Counted from the stretch's first letter, positions 1 to 8,225 are shown. The stretch: DNA of 38,879 nt from Patescibacteria group bacterium (GCA_018816445.1 JAHIVO010000014.1:1-38879), one strand, 5' to 3'. Program-made: numbers and translations. Notes: generated by a model from the sequence alone, not told the origin.

Positions 1-2
1 TT

Positions 3-434
3 ATGGCAATTATGAGATGGAGGCCAATGTGGGACATGAATGACTTTGAAAAGTTTTTTGAAGACATGCCCATGGCGCCTCAAAAAATGGCTTCGTACAC
101 ACCGGCCGTGGACGTATACCAGGATAAAAATAACGTGGTAGTGGAAACTCCTTTGGCTGGCGTTGATCCTGAAAAAGTTAATATTTCTGTAGAAAATGAC
201 ACTTTATTAATAGAAGGTAAAAGTGAGCATAAATCAGAGGTAGATGAGAAGAATTATTACCGCAAAGAAGTGCGCCAGGGCAGTTTTTACCGCGCCGTAG
301 CTCTGCCAGCCCATATAAAAGCTGACAATGCCAAGGCTACGTTTGAAAATGGTATGTTAAAGGTAGTTATTCCAAAGGTTCAAGAAGCTAAGCCAAAAAC
401 TATTAAAGTAGAAGTTAAGAAAAATTTAAAATAA
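3..434 (+). CDS. Small heat-shock protein (Hsp20/alpha-crystallin family)
   Basis: PAVDVYQD...LAGVD...RQGSFYRAVALP...ATFENGMLKVVIPK matches the alpha-crystallin domain pattern; two genes upstream of dnaK. Confidence 0.95.
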   Translation: MAIMRWRPMWDMNDFEKFFEDMPMAPQKMASYTPAVDVYQDKNNVVVETPLAGVDPEKVNISVENDTLLIEGKSEHKSEVDEKNYYRKEVRQGSFYRAVALPAHIKADNAKATFENGMLKVVIPKVQEAKPKTIKVEVKKNLK

Positions 435-536
435 TTTACATATCCGGGACACTGGCCATTTCTTATGGCCACTCGGAGCAAGAGAATTATCAGGTAAAAT
501 AGTTTTTTTACTCTGAGAAACTAAATACATAAAAAA

Positions 537-896
537 ATGAAAACTTCTAATAATTTTCCAAATAAATTCGGCGGTAATGGTTTTAAGCCTGAAAGGATCA
601 AGATTGATGCCAAGTGCCCGGTTTGCGGCAGTATGTACGACTTCGGTCATTTAGAAGTGCTGCAGGAAGAAGAAGGTGCCACTCTAATGTTTATAAAATG
701 TACAGTTTGCCAGAGTGCGGCCATGTCTTTGATAGCTTTCGGCACCTTTGGCTTAAAAGTAGCCAGCGCGGTTACGGATTTAGAACAGGACGAAGTGTTA
801 ATGTTCCAGGAATACAAGCCAATTAATAGTGAGGAAGTACTGAGCCTGCACGAAGATTTGGAAAGTACGGATAATTTTTTGAAAGAGATTATATAA
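537..896 (+). CDS. Hypothetical zinc-ribbon protein
   Basis: CPVC and CTVC pairs; acidic C-terminus; same strand between hsp20 and dnaK. Confidence 0.75.
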   Translation: MKTSNNFPNKFGGNGFKPERIKIDAKCPVCGSMYDFGHLEVLQEEEGATLMFIKCTVCQSAAMSLIAFGTFGLKVASAVTDLEQDEVLMFQEYKPINSEEVLSLHEDLESTDNFLKEII

Positions 897-927
897 ATAA
901 TAATTAATTAATAGGTTTTGAGCAGCC

Positions 928-949
928 ACCCTTCGGCTTTGCTCAGGGT
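928..949. repeat. Short REP-like element ACCCTTCGGCTTTGCTCAGGGT
   Basis: GC-rich island in an AT-rich spacer with ACCC/GGGT ends; imperfect CCAC/CTAC flanking repeat; resembles CCTTCG..GCTCAGG intergenic repeats (recalled, not searched). Confidence 0.5.
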
Positions 950-967
950 CTACGAGGATATAAAAAA

Positions 968-2920
968 ATGAGTAAGATTCTAGGAATTGACCTGGGTACA
1001 ACCAATTCAGCTATGGCCATTATTGAGGGCGGTGAACCCAAGGTATTGGAAAATAAAGAGGGTAACCGTACCACCCCTTCTATGGTGGCAATTTCCAAAA
1101 CAGGCGAACGCGTGGTTGGCCAGATTGCCAAGCGCCAGGCCGTGACTAATCCTGAAAATACAATTTTTTCCGTTAAGAGGTTAATCGGCCGCCGCTGGGG
1201 TGACGAAGAAGTACAGCGTGATGTAAAAACCATGTCGTATAAAATAGTCCAGGCGGGCGAAGGCATTAAAGTAAAAATGGACGGCAAAGAAAACACGCCG
1301 CAGGAAATTTCTGCCATGATTCTGCAGAAAATGAAAGCAGATGCCGAGGAAAAGCTGGGCGAAAAGATTGAAGAAGCGGTTATTACTGTACCGGCTTATT
1401 TTGACGATTCACAGCGCCAGGCTACCAAAGACGCCGGTGAAATTGCCGGCTTAAAAGTCAAGCGTATTATAAACGAACCGACGGCTGCAGCTTTGGCCTA
1501 TGGCTTTGAAAAGAAAAAGAACCAGCAGATTGCTGTTTATGACCTGGGCGGCGGTACTTTTGATATCTCCATTCTGGATGTAGCTACGGATACTGTTGAG
1601 GTTAAATCAACCAACGGCGATACCCATTTGGGCGGCGATGATTTTGACAAGCGGATTATTGACTGGCTGATTGACGAATTCAAGAAAGACCAGGGTATTG
1701 ACTTATCAAAAGACCAGATGGCTCTCCAGCGCCTGAAAGAAGCGGCTGAAAAAGCTAAAGTTGAATTATCAACTTCCCAGGAAACTGATATTAATCTGCC
1801 GTTTGTTACTTCAGATGCAAACGGCCCCAAACACATGAATTTGAAATTATCCAGGGCCAAACTTGAAGATTTGGTCGGCGATTTGATAGAAAAAACCATG
1901 GAGCCGGTTAACAAAGCGCTGGAAGATGCCAACCTGAAAACTTCTGAAATTGAAGAGGTTATTATGGTCGGCGGTATGACCCGTATGCCTAAGGTATTAG
2001 AAACAGTAGAAAAATTCTTTAATAAGAAACCAAACATTAGCGTTAATCCTGATGAAGTGGTAGCTATGGGCGCGGCTGTGCAAGCCGGCGTTTTGCAGGG
2101 TGATGTTAAAGATGTATTGCTATTGGATGTCACTCCGTTAACACTAGGCATTGAAACATTAGGCAGTGTGTCTACTCCGTTGATTGAAAAGAATACTACC
2201 ATCCCAACTTCCAAATCACAGATATTTTCAACTGCCGCTGATAACCAGACTACGGTTGAGATCCACGTACTGCAGGGTGAACGGCCAATGGCTGGGGATA
2301 ACAAGACTTTAGGCAAGTTCATGCTCTCCGGTATTCCACCGGCACCGCGCGGCGTACCTCAGGTTGAAGTATCATTTGATATTGACGCTAACGGAATTCT
2401 AAATGTAAAAGCTCAAGATAAAGCTACGGGCAAAGAACAATCAATTACCATTACTGCATCTTCGGGTTTATCCAAGGATGAAGTAGAAAAAATGAAGCAG
2501 GATGCTAAAGTGCATGAAGCTGAAGACCTGAAAAAGAAAGAAGTAATTGACATTCGCAATAATGCTGAGTCATTGGTCTTTACCGCAGAAAAGGCTCTGA
2601 AAGATGCTGGCAAAAAGGTTGATGATAAGACTAAAAAAGAAATTGAAGATAAGATCAAGGCAGTTAAAGACGTTAAAGATAAAGATGACGCTGAAGCTAT
2701 TAAAAAAGCAACAGAAGAATTGTCTCAAGCTATTCAGAAAATTGGCCAAGCTATGTATAAAGATCAAGGACAATCCGGAGCACAACCTGGTGCTGAAGGT
2801 AAGCCAGAAGATAAAGCTAAGGACGCAAAGGATAAAGGACCGGTAGATGCTGAATATGAGGATGTGAAGAAAGATGGGGATAAATCCGCCCAAGGCGGAT
2901 CCGCCTCGGGCGGAAAATAA
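968..2920 (+). CDS. dnaK: Molecular chaperone DnaK (Hsp70)
   Basis: [51 protein letters not shown]; DAEYEDV near the C-terminus. Confidence 0.99.
   Translation: MSKILGIDLGTTNSAMAIIEGGEPKVLENKEGNRTTPSMVAISKTGERVVGQIAKRQAVTNPENTIFSVKRLIGRRWGDEEVQRDVKTMSYKIVQAGEGIKVKMDGKENTPQEISAMILQKMKADAEEKLGEKIEEAVITVPAYFDDSQRQATKDAGEIAGLKVKRIINEPTAAALAYGFEKKKNQQIAVYDLGGGTFDISILDVATDTVEVKSTNGDTHLGGDDFDKRIIDWLIDEFKKDQGIDLSKDQMALQRLKEAAEKAKVELSTSQETDINLPFVTSDANGPKHMNLKLSRAKLEDLVGDLIEKTMEPVNKALEDANLKTSEIEEVIMVGGMTRMPKVLETVEKFFNKKPNISVNPDEVVAMGAAVQAGVLQGDVKDVLLLDVTPLTLGIETLGSVSTPLIEKNTTIPTSKSQIFSTAADNQTTVEIHVLQGERPMAGDNKTLGKFMLSGIPPAPRGVPQVEVSFDIDANGILNVKAQDKATGKEQSITITASSGLSKDEVEKMKQDAKVHEAEDLKKKEVIDIRNNAESLVFTAEKALKDAGKKVDDKTKKEIEDKIKAVKDVKDKDDAEAIKKATEELSQAIQKIGQAMYKDQGQSGAQPGAEGKPEDKAKDAKDKGPVDAEYEDVKKDGDKSAQGGSASGGK
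2885..2914. repeat. Tandem palindromic micro-insertion inside the dnaK 3' end (TCCGCC-NNN-GGCGGA x2)
   Basis: TCCGCC caa GGCGGA + TCCGCC tcg GGCGGA, flanked by AAAT (2882-2885 and 2915-2918); encodes [10 protein letters not shown] in frame. Confidence 0.8.
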
Positions 2921-2932
2921 CTTTTAAATAAA

Positions 2933-2971
2933 CCACAGGCCTCCCTTCGGGGGGTCTTGTGGGGTGTTTTT
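2933..2971 (+). terminator. Intrinsic terminator after dnaK
   Basis: CCACAGGCCTCCC-TTCG-GGGGGTCTTGTGG hairpin followed by GGTGTTTTT. Confidence 0.75.
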
Positions 2972-2980
2972 GATAAAAAT

Positions 2981-3144
2981 TGCGCCGCAATCGCAAATAC
3001 AACCCTAGGAGCAGCCCTCTGCGGCTGCGACTGGATATTAACCGGCGAGCACGGGCAGAGACCCGCCCGACTGCCTCCGGCATCGGAGGCGGGCGCGGCG
3101 CCCACGCTCGGAGTCGGGGAACGAGCAACGCAGAAGCAAGTACT
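2981..3144 (-). repeat. Structured repeat, copy 1 (carries a 37-nt hairpin insert at 3063-3099)
   Basis: Aligns by eye with 3631-3763; hairpins GCAGCC/GGCTGC and CGAGC..GGGC/GCCC..GCTCG, helix GACT/AGTC, closing helix 2981-2988/3125-3132. Confidence 0.85.
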
Positions 3145-3165
3145 ACAATAGGTAAATATAAAATT

Positions 3166-3648
3166 ATGATAAAAAAACACGCAGAAAAAATTAGTCAGGT
3201 GGAACTAGAGGAAAAAGCTATGCAGGCCGGTAATTCCTGGCACCATCATTGTTTACCAGTAAATTGTTTTACCAATGACACTGGTGAAGAAGTTATTGTT
3301 TTAGAAGCAGGAAATGATACTTTTTATTGTGAGACCACTAAAGAGCTGAAAAAAAAGCTGGAGGAGCACGCTTATCAATTAACTCACCCCCGAAAAGTAA
3401 AAGGCCGACATCCTAAGCACGAAGCCCTGGATAAAATTAAAGAATATGTTAAAGATGGTGTTAAGTGGCATTTTCATATCGCCATGCCGCACTGCCTGCT
3501 GAGCATGGGGGATAAATATGTGCTCATCCTTGAAAACGACGAAACGAAACAAATCCAGCAATGGGAATTTGATGAAAAACCGGTAGCGCTCGTGCGGGCA
3601 ATTGATGATAATTATTTGGGGAGAAAAAAAGTAGCACCGCCATTGTAA
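3166..3648 (+). CDS. Hypothetical protein with a duplicated WHxH-x4-C motif
   Basis: ATG at 3166 is in frame with track ORF 2980..3648; halves WHHHCLPVNC..VIVLE and WHFHIAMPHC..VLILE. Confidence 0.8.
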   Translation: MIKKHAEKISQVELEEKAMQAGNSWHHHCLPVNCFTNDTGEEVIVLEAGNDTFYCETTKELKKKLEEHAYQLTHPRKVKGRHPKHEALDKIKEYVKDGVKWHFHIAMPHCLLSMGDKYVLILENDETKQIQQWEFDEKPVALVRAIDDNYLGRKKVAPPL

Positions 3649-3763
3649 ATACCACTACAGGAGCAGGCCTCTGTGCCTGCGACTGAGTATTAACCAGGCG
3701 AGCGCGGGCAGAGACGCCCACGCTCGGAATCGGGGAATAGGCGGCGCGGAAATAGATTGTACT
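3631..3763 (-). repeat. Structured repeat, copy 2 (overlaps the last codons and stop of 3166..3648)
   Basis: GCAGGC-CTCTGT-GCCTGC, CGAGCG-C-GGGC-AGAGAC-GCCC-A-CGCTCG, closing helix 3634-3641/3740-3747. Confidence 0.85.
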
Positions 3764-3770
3764 TAAAAAT

Positions 3771-3807
3771 AAGAAAAACCCTAACTACTGGGAGATAGCT
3801 AGGGTTT
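3771..3807 (-). terminator. Intrinsic terminator of ORF 3831..4112
   Basis: Minus strand AAACCCTAGCTA-loop-TAGTTAGGGTTT followed by TTCTT. Confidence 0.7.
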
Positions 3808-3830
3808 CAAAGGTAGGTACGCATTTGGGA

Positions 3831-4112
3831 TTAGTCCTCCGGCAGTTTAAGCGCTTTTTTCATCGGGGCCATCTCTGGTCCACGTACCAGAATTAGTGTT
3901 TGCCCTCCAGCCTCTAGTTTGGTGATTCTGGCAACTTCGTCTGCTCTTGAAAGGATTACTTTACCCTCATTAACATCACTTGATGTAATAACTACAGATC
4001 CTTCTTCAGTTTGAAGAACAATAGAGCCGTCTTCAGTACCCTGACTCCAGGTAGCGAAATTTAGACCACTGATAGCCGGCAGATCGGCAACCGGAATTTT
4101 CTTTTCAATCAT
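3831..4112 (-). CDS. Orphan hypothetical protein (93 aa)
   Basis: SD AGGAGGG (4119-4125), own promoter and terminator; no recognisable motif. Confidence 0.7.
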   Translation of the reverse strand: MIEKKIPVADLPAISGLNFATWSQGTEDGSIVLQTEEGSVVITSSDVNEGKVILSRADEVARITKLEAGGQTLILVRGPEMAPMKKALKLPED

Positions 4113-4142
4113 ACAGCACCCTCCTTCCTTGGGTATTTACTA

Positions 4143-4171
4143 ATGATAATTTAAGATAAGGATATTGTCAA
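4143..4171 (-). promoter_or_regulatory. Sigma70-type promoter TTGACA-N17-TATCAT
   Basis: Near-consensus hexamers with 17-nt spacing upstream of 4112. Confidence 0.65.
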
Positions 4172-4244
4172 AATTTGAATGCAGAGGTGTGTTAATTTAT
4201 TAAAAAATAAGCTATATTAAATAGTATTAGAAAGGAATAAATTT

Positions 4245-4547
4245 ATGAATGGACAGCCAGATCAACAAAAAATAAACATTAAAATTGATGACGCCACCTT
4301 TAAAGGCGTGCATGCCAATGCCATGGGCGTATCGCATAATAAAGAAGAGTTTGTATTGGACTTTATGAATATTTATGCATGGCAAAGGTCAGGTATAGTA
4401 ACAGCCAGGGTTATTACTTCACCCGGCCATATCAAGAGGATATATAGGGCTTTGGAAGACAACCTGAAAAAATATGAGCAGAAATTTGGTAAGATTGAAG
4501 AAGCCAAGGCGCCCTCAGATCAGGATATGGGTTTTAAAACCGCATAA
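4245..4547 (+). CDS. DUF3467-like protein
   Basis: GVHANAMGVSHNKEEFVLDF...ARVITSPGHIKRIYRALEDNLKKYEQKFGKI resembles the DUF3467 pattern. Confidence 0.75.
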   Translation: MNGQPDQQKINIKIDDATFKGVHANAMGVSHNKEEFVLDFMNIYAWQRSGIVTARVITSPGHIKRIYRALEDNLKKYEQKFGKIEEAKAPSDQDMGFKTA

Positions 4548-4578
4548 AAAAAACCGTTCCTTCCATGGAAACGGTTTT
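4546..4578. terminator. Bidirectional terminator between convergent genes
   Basis: A-run + AAAACCGTT...AACGGTTTT hairpin. Confidence 0.75.
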
Positions 4579-4580
4579 AG

Positions 4581-4802
4581 CTATACTGGCAGAGCGTCTA
4601 CTTTTTTGAAGTATTTTCTTGCCTCGCTCATATCAAATGAGCGGCCGCTGCCGGATTCGCTTCTGATAAAGACTTTTGGGCCGTGACCGTAATTATGAGG
4701 ATCAGCCGAATACGTAGATCCGACAACATAGTCGCCTGGATGGCCAGGAACTTGATTAGTACATTCAAGATCGCATGGACCAGTAAGATTGATAAAGGAC
4801 AT
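4581..4802 (-). CDS. Orphan hypothetical protein (73 aa)
   Basis: SD GGAGGT (4807-4812); promoter-like TTGACT-N16-TATTAT (4834-4861); ends at a terminator. Confidence 0.65.
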   Translation of the reverse strand: MSFINLTGPCDLECTNQVPGHPGDYVVGSTYSADPHNYGHGPKVFIRSESGSGRSFDMSEARKYFKKVDALPV

Positions 4803-4876
4803 ATTTACCTCCGAAAAATGTGATGCCTAACGAATAATATCATATATTAAATCAAAGTCAATAGCAGAATAGTTTT

Positions 4877-5914
4877 ATGAGAGTTGAAAAAAAGAAAGAA
4901 CAACCAAGGCCGGAAAAATTCATTCCAGAGCAGCCAATAGGCAAGGTAGTTATTTTAATCGCTTTGACTGTGGCCAGTTCTGCGCTTTTTTGGCTGGCCT
5001 GGAATAATATTTTAACTAACGGCATTGACTGGGGCGCAGGCACCTCAAATATCCTGACAGTAGTATCAACCCTGCTGGCTTTTTGTTTAATGTTTTCGTT
5101 ACTGGCCATTTCTGAAGTGCTGATAACAAAAAAAGTTTATTTGCTGTTAATGGCCGTAGTGGCGGCTGGCACGGTGTTTATTTTTTTTATACCTTCATTA
5201 TGGAGTTTTATTGGATTCATACTGGTAGCACTGTCATTTCTTTACTGGCGTCGGGAAGTGAGGATTGACATTGAGACCCGGTCTAAATTTTTACCACACA
5301 GGACCATTGGCGCCGGCCTGAAATTTGCCGTCACATTGCTGTTATTAGCCATCTGCCTGATTTATTACAGCTTCATGGTCTGCGGCAAAGACGCCGGCGG
5401 CCGTTTATTGGACACTGCGGTTAATACTGGCACGCAAACAGTTAATAAGGTACTGAAATTCTATTATAAGGATAAATATCATTCGGATCAGGAGCTTGAT
5501 GAGTTTATTATCAGTATCAGCGGACTGGAACAAGCTAGGCTGGAATTTGAAACCGGTTTCTCAGAAATTGACTCTGCCATTACCGAGGGCATATCCAGCG
5601 CACAGGATGAGGTTGTAGCTGAAGCCAGGAATGATCTTCTGGCCACTTTTGATATTACAGCTGAAGGCAATGAAACCATGGATAATGTCATCCGCCGCAT
5701 CGTGGAAAAAAATGTGGATAAATACGTTAATCCATATAAAGAATTAATCCCCGCGCTTATTGCCCTGGCCTTATTTTTTACCCTTAATATTTTCAGTTTT
5801 ATATACCGTGAGCTGATAAAATCATTTGGCTATTTAATATTCCATATCCTCATCTGGCTGAAATTTATTAAAGTTAAAAAAGTAATGGTAGAAGCGGAGA
5901 AAATCACTTTATAA
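4877..5914 (+). CDS. Multi-pass membrane protein of unknown function
   Basis: About 5 N-terminal hydrophobic helices, an acidic soluble domain, and C-terminal TM segments; 5 nt before dnaJ. Confidence 0.8.
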   Translation: MRVEKKKEQPRPEKFIPEQPIGKVVILIALTVASSALFWLAWNNILTNGIDWGAGTSNILTVVSTLLAFCLMFSLLAISEVLITKKVYLLLMAVVAAGTVFIFFIPSLWSFIGFILVALSFLYWRREVRIDIETRSKFLPHRTIGAGLKFAVTLLLLAICLIYYSFMVCGKDAGGRLLDTAVNTGTQTVNKVLKFYYKDKYHSDQELDEFIISISGLEQARLEFETGFSEIDSAITEGISSAQDEVVAEARNDLLATFDITAEGNETMDNVIRRIVEKNVDKYVNPYKELIPALIALALFFTLNIFSFIYRELIKSFGYLIFHILIWLKFIKVKKVMVEAEKITL

Positions 5915-5919
5915 CCCTT

Positions 5920-7029
5920 ATGGCAAAAAATTATTATAATATTTTAGGGGTATCTAAAAATGCCACCCAGGATGAGATAAAAAAGGCTTTTCGAAAATTA
6001 GCCCACCAATGTCATCCGGACAAAAAAGGCGGCGATGAGGCTAAGTTCAAGGAAGTTAACGAGGCTTACCAGGCGTTAGGCAATCCGGAAAAAAGAAAAC
6101 AATATGACCAGTTCGGCCAGACCTTTGGGCAGGGAGCCAGGCCAGGCGGTTTTGGCGGTATGAACTGGGAAGATTTTGCTAGGGCTTCTGGCGGAGGCGG
6201 GCAAAGCCAGCAGAGTGCAAATTTTGATTTTGGGGATTTGGGCGACATGTTCGGTGATTTATTCGGCTTTGGTCGTTCAGGTGGTGCGCGACGTACCCGC
6301 CGTTCAACTCGTGGAAATGACATTCAGGCAGAGATGGCCATTGATTTTCGTGAAGCCGCTTTTGGCACAGAAAAATTTATTGATTTGTACAAACAAAATA
6401 CCTGTTCAAAATGTTCGGGTAATGGTGCAGAGCCGGGCACCAAGATTGATATTTGCCCGACCTGCCAGGGCAGCGGCCAGGTGCAACAGGTTCAGCGCAC
6501 CATACTGGGTTCGTTCCAGTCTGTGGGCATATGTCCTGAGTGCCATGGTGAAGGTAAAAAAGCCACAAAAAAATGCAGGCATTGCGGTGGAGACGGACGC
6601 ATTAAAGAGAATGAAAAATTTAAAGTAAAAATCCCGGCTGGCATCAATAACGGTGAAACAATCCGCTTAGCTTATAAGGGCGAAGCCGGAGCTAGGGGAG
6701 GCCAGGCTGGTGATTTATTCATCACCATGAAAGTAAAGCAGGATCCTGAATTTAAACGCGACGATGATAATATACTTTCCGAGGTTGATGTAAGTTTTTC
6801 TCAGGCAGCTCTAGGCGATAAAATTTCAGTAAATACATTAGACGGCGAGATAAAGCTGAAAATTCCCAGCGGCACGCAATCCGGCAAATTATTCAAACTT
6901 AAGGAAAAGGGCGTTCCACATTTGCGATCCAGAGGCAGGGGAGACCATTTAGTAACGGTAAATGTAATTACTCCGGATAATTTAACAAAGCAACAGAAAA
7001 AATTATTTGAGGAATTGGCTAATACATAG
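5920..7029 (+). CDS. dnaJ: Chaperone DnaJ
   Basis: J-domain with HPD, G/F-rich region, four CxxCxGxG repeats, C-terminal domain. Confidence 0.98.
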   Translation: MAKNYYNILGVSKNATQDEIKKAFRKLAHQCHPDKKGGDEAKFKEVNEAYQALGNPEKRKQYDQFGQTFGQGARPGGFGGMNWEDFARASGGGGQSQQSANFDFGDLGDMFGDLFGFGRSGGARRTRRSTRGNDIQAEMAIDFREAAFGTEKFIDLYKQNTCSKCSGNGAEPGTKIDICPTCQGSGQVQQVQRTILGSFQSVGICPECHGEGKKATKKCRHCGGDGRIKENEKFKVKIPAGINNGETIRLAYKGEAGARGGQAGDLFITMKVKQDPEFKRDDDNILSEVDVSFSQAALGDKISVNTLDGEIKLKIPSGTQSGKLFKLKEKGVPHLRSRGRGDHLVTVNVITPDNLTKQQKKLFEELANT

Positions 7030-7110
7030 CGTTAAATTCATGTGTATTTGATTTTTTGTTGATTTTGTGCTATACTGTATTTGCTAAAAAATACTTAATA
7101 AACAAAAATC

Positions 7111-7722
7111 ATGTTTCCAGTTGCATTAGCCGCTGAAACTGCAGAGGCAGCGGCTGAATCAGCAAATTTTTTACAGCATGTTGACTGGACCAGGCCTACC
7201 TGGGATCTTTTTATAGTTTTATTTTTTATCGTTGCTGCGTTTTTATACGGCTTATCATTAGGCAGGGACAGGATAATTATAATTTTGGTCAGCATTTACA
7301 TGTCGCTGGCCATTGTTGAACATGCACCAATCGTAAATAATGAGGGCTTTCAGAACATGATAAATAATATCGCTGGCCAGTTTTTTGTGTTCCAGATTTC
7401 TGCTTTTTTAGTCTTGTTTGTTGTATTCTTTTTTATAATTACACGCAGTGCGCTTGTTAAAACCATAGCCTCTTCAGATTTACCTGGCCCTTGGTGGCAG
7501 GTGCTGCTGTACAGTATTTTACACGTTGGTTTGATTGTCAGCATTGTTTTATCATACATACCAAAAGAATCAGTTGAGGGCGTGCTGGCCCCGTTAACCC
7601 AGCGCGTATTTACCACTGATTTTGCCCAGAACGTTTGGATTATAGGTCCGCTCCTGGCTATGTTTATATTTAAGGGTGGCGCTTCACAGAAAAAGACGCG
7701 TAAGGTAATAGAGGAGGAGTAA
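7111..7722 (+). CDS. Membrane protein, possibly CvpA-like
   Basis: About 5 TM helices; DLFIVLFF...YGLSLG resembles the CvpA start; upstream TG-C-TATACT extended -10. Confidence 0.6.
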   Translation: MFPVALAAETAEAAAESANFLQHVDWTRPTWDLFIVLFFIVAAFLYGLSLGRDRIIIILVSIYMSLAIVEHAPIVNNEGFQNMINNIAGQFFVFQISAFLVLFVVFFFIITRSALVKTIASSDLPGPWWQVLLYSILHVGLIVSIVLSYIPKESVEGVLAPLTQRVFTTDFAQNVWIIGPLLAMFIFKGGASQKKTRKVIEEE

Positions 7723-7724
7723 AT

Positions 7725-7815
7725 TAGTTAATAGTCAATAGTTTATAGTATATAGTTAACAGGAACAGGCCTCTGCGTCTGCCCCGTAGTACGGGGCCTG
7801 CGACTAAGTTTTTTT
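7725..7815 (+). repeat. Composite element: 5x TAGTNWA heptamers + truncated structured-repeat hairpin + CCCCGTAGTACGGGG insert + T7
   Basis: Closely similar to 36984-37067; core AGGAxCAGGxCTCTG...CCTGCGACT shared with the repeats at ~3008 and ~3659. Confidence 0.85.
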
Positions 7816-7844
7816 GTCCTCCGATTCACGAATATTTTTTTGTA

Positions 7845-7887
7845 TTGACAATATTAGTATTTGTGGTAAGTTTATTTAAATAAACTT
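7845..7887 (+). promoter_or_regulatory. Promoter TTGACA...TGG-TAAGTT overlapped by a perfect 20-bp palindrome
   Basis: TTGACA 7845-7850; AAGTTTATTTAAATAAACTT at 7868-7887 is its own reverse complement. Confidence 0.55.
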
Positions 7888-7907
7888 GATCATTTCAAGG
7901 AGGGAGT

Positions 7908-8225
7908 ATGACTCCAAGTGAGGTAAGTGAAAAGATTGCAAAAATAATGCGAGCCATGATTCATGGCCGCGCTACAAAGTCATTTGAGAATGATGGAGAA
8001 GAAAGGCAATTGTTCCGGGCAGTAGTTAGCCTGCATTCACTACTCCTGGAAAGGTTTGGCCCCAATCCGAGTGATGTTAGGGAAGCTCAAAGTGTTGATA
8101 AGGGCATAGTATCCGGGATACTTGATGGCATCAAAGCGCTGATGTCCAAAGTTGTATACCTTGACGAATCATTACTCTTGTCCGGTGTCACAGCTGGTTG
8201 GTTCTATGACTTTGAGGACCTTTGA
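7908..8225 (+). CDS. Orphan hypothetical protein (105 aa)
   Basis: SD AAGGAGG just upstream; own promoter and terminator. Confidence 0.7.
   Translation: MTPSEVSEKIAKIMRAMIHGRATKSFENDGEERQLFRAVVSLHSLLLERFGPNPSDVREAQSVDKGIVSGILDGIKALMSKVVYLDESLLLSGVTAGWFYDFEDL

Noticed and set aside
435-967. CIRCE (HrcA operator) upstream of the zinc-ribbon gene or dnaK
   Set aside because: Only a weak CACTC..GAG near 470-484; no TTAGCACTC-N9-GAGTGCTAA.
1537-2322. Long antisense ORFs over dnaK (and similar ones over dnaJ, guaA, purA and the ATPase gene)
   Set aside because: Shadow frames of conserved genes with no independent signals or motifs.
2980-3165. N-terminal 62 aa of track ORF 2980..3648, and short ORFs 2957..3151, 2764..3180, 2817..3128 and 3524..3721
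   Set aside because: They read through the GC-rich repeat and terminator, and the resulting R/A/G/P-rich sequence looks like an artefact; ATG 3166 is preferred.
2981-3763. Classical integron attC sites, a CRISPR array, or a known riboswitch/ribozyme
   Set aside because: No RYYYAAC/GTTRRRY ends and no intI; only two long copies, with no repeat-spacer periodicity or cas genes; I could not match a known RNA consensus by eye (an Rfam search is still needed).
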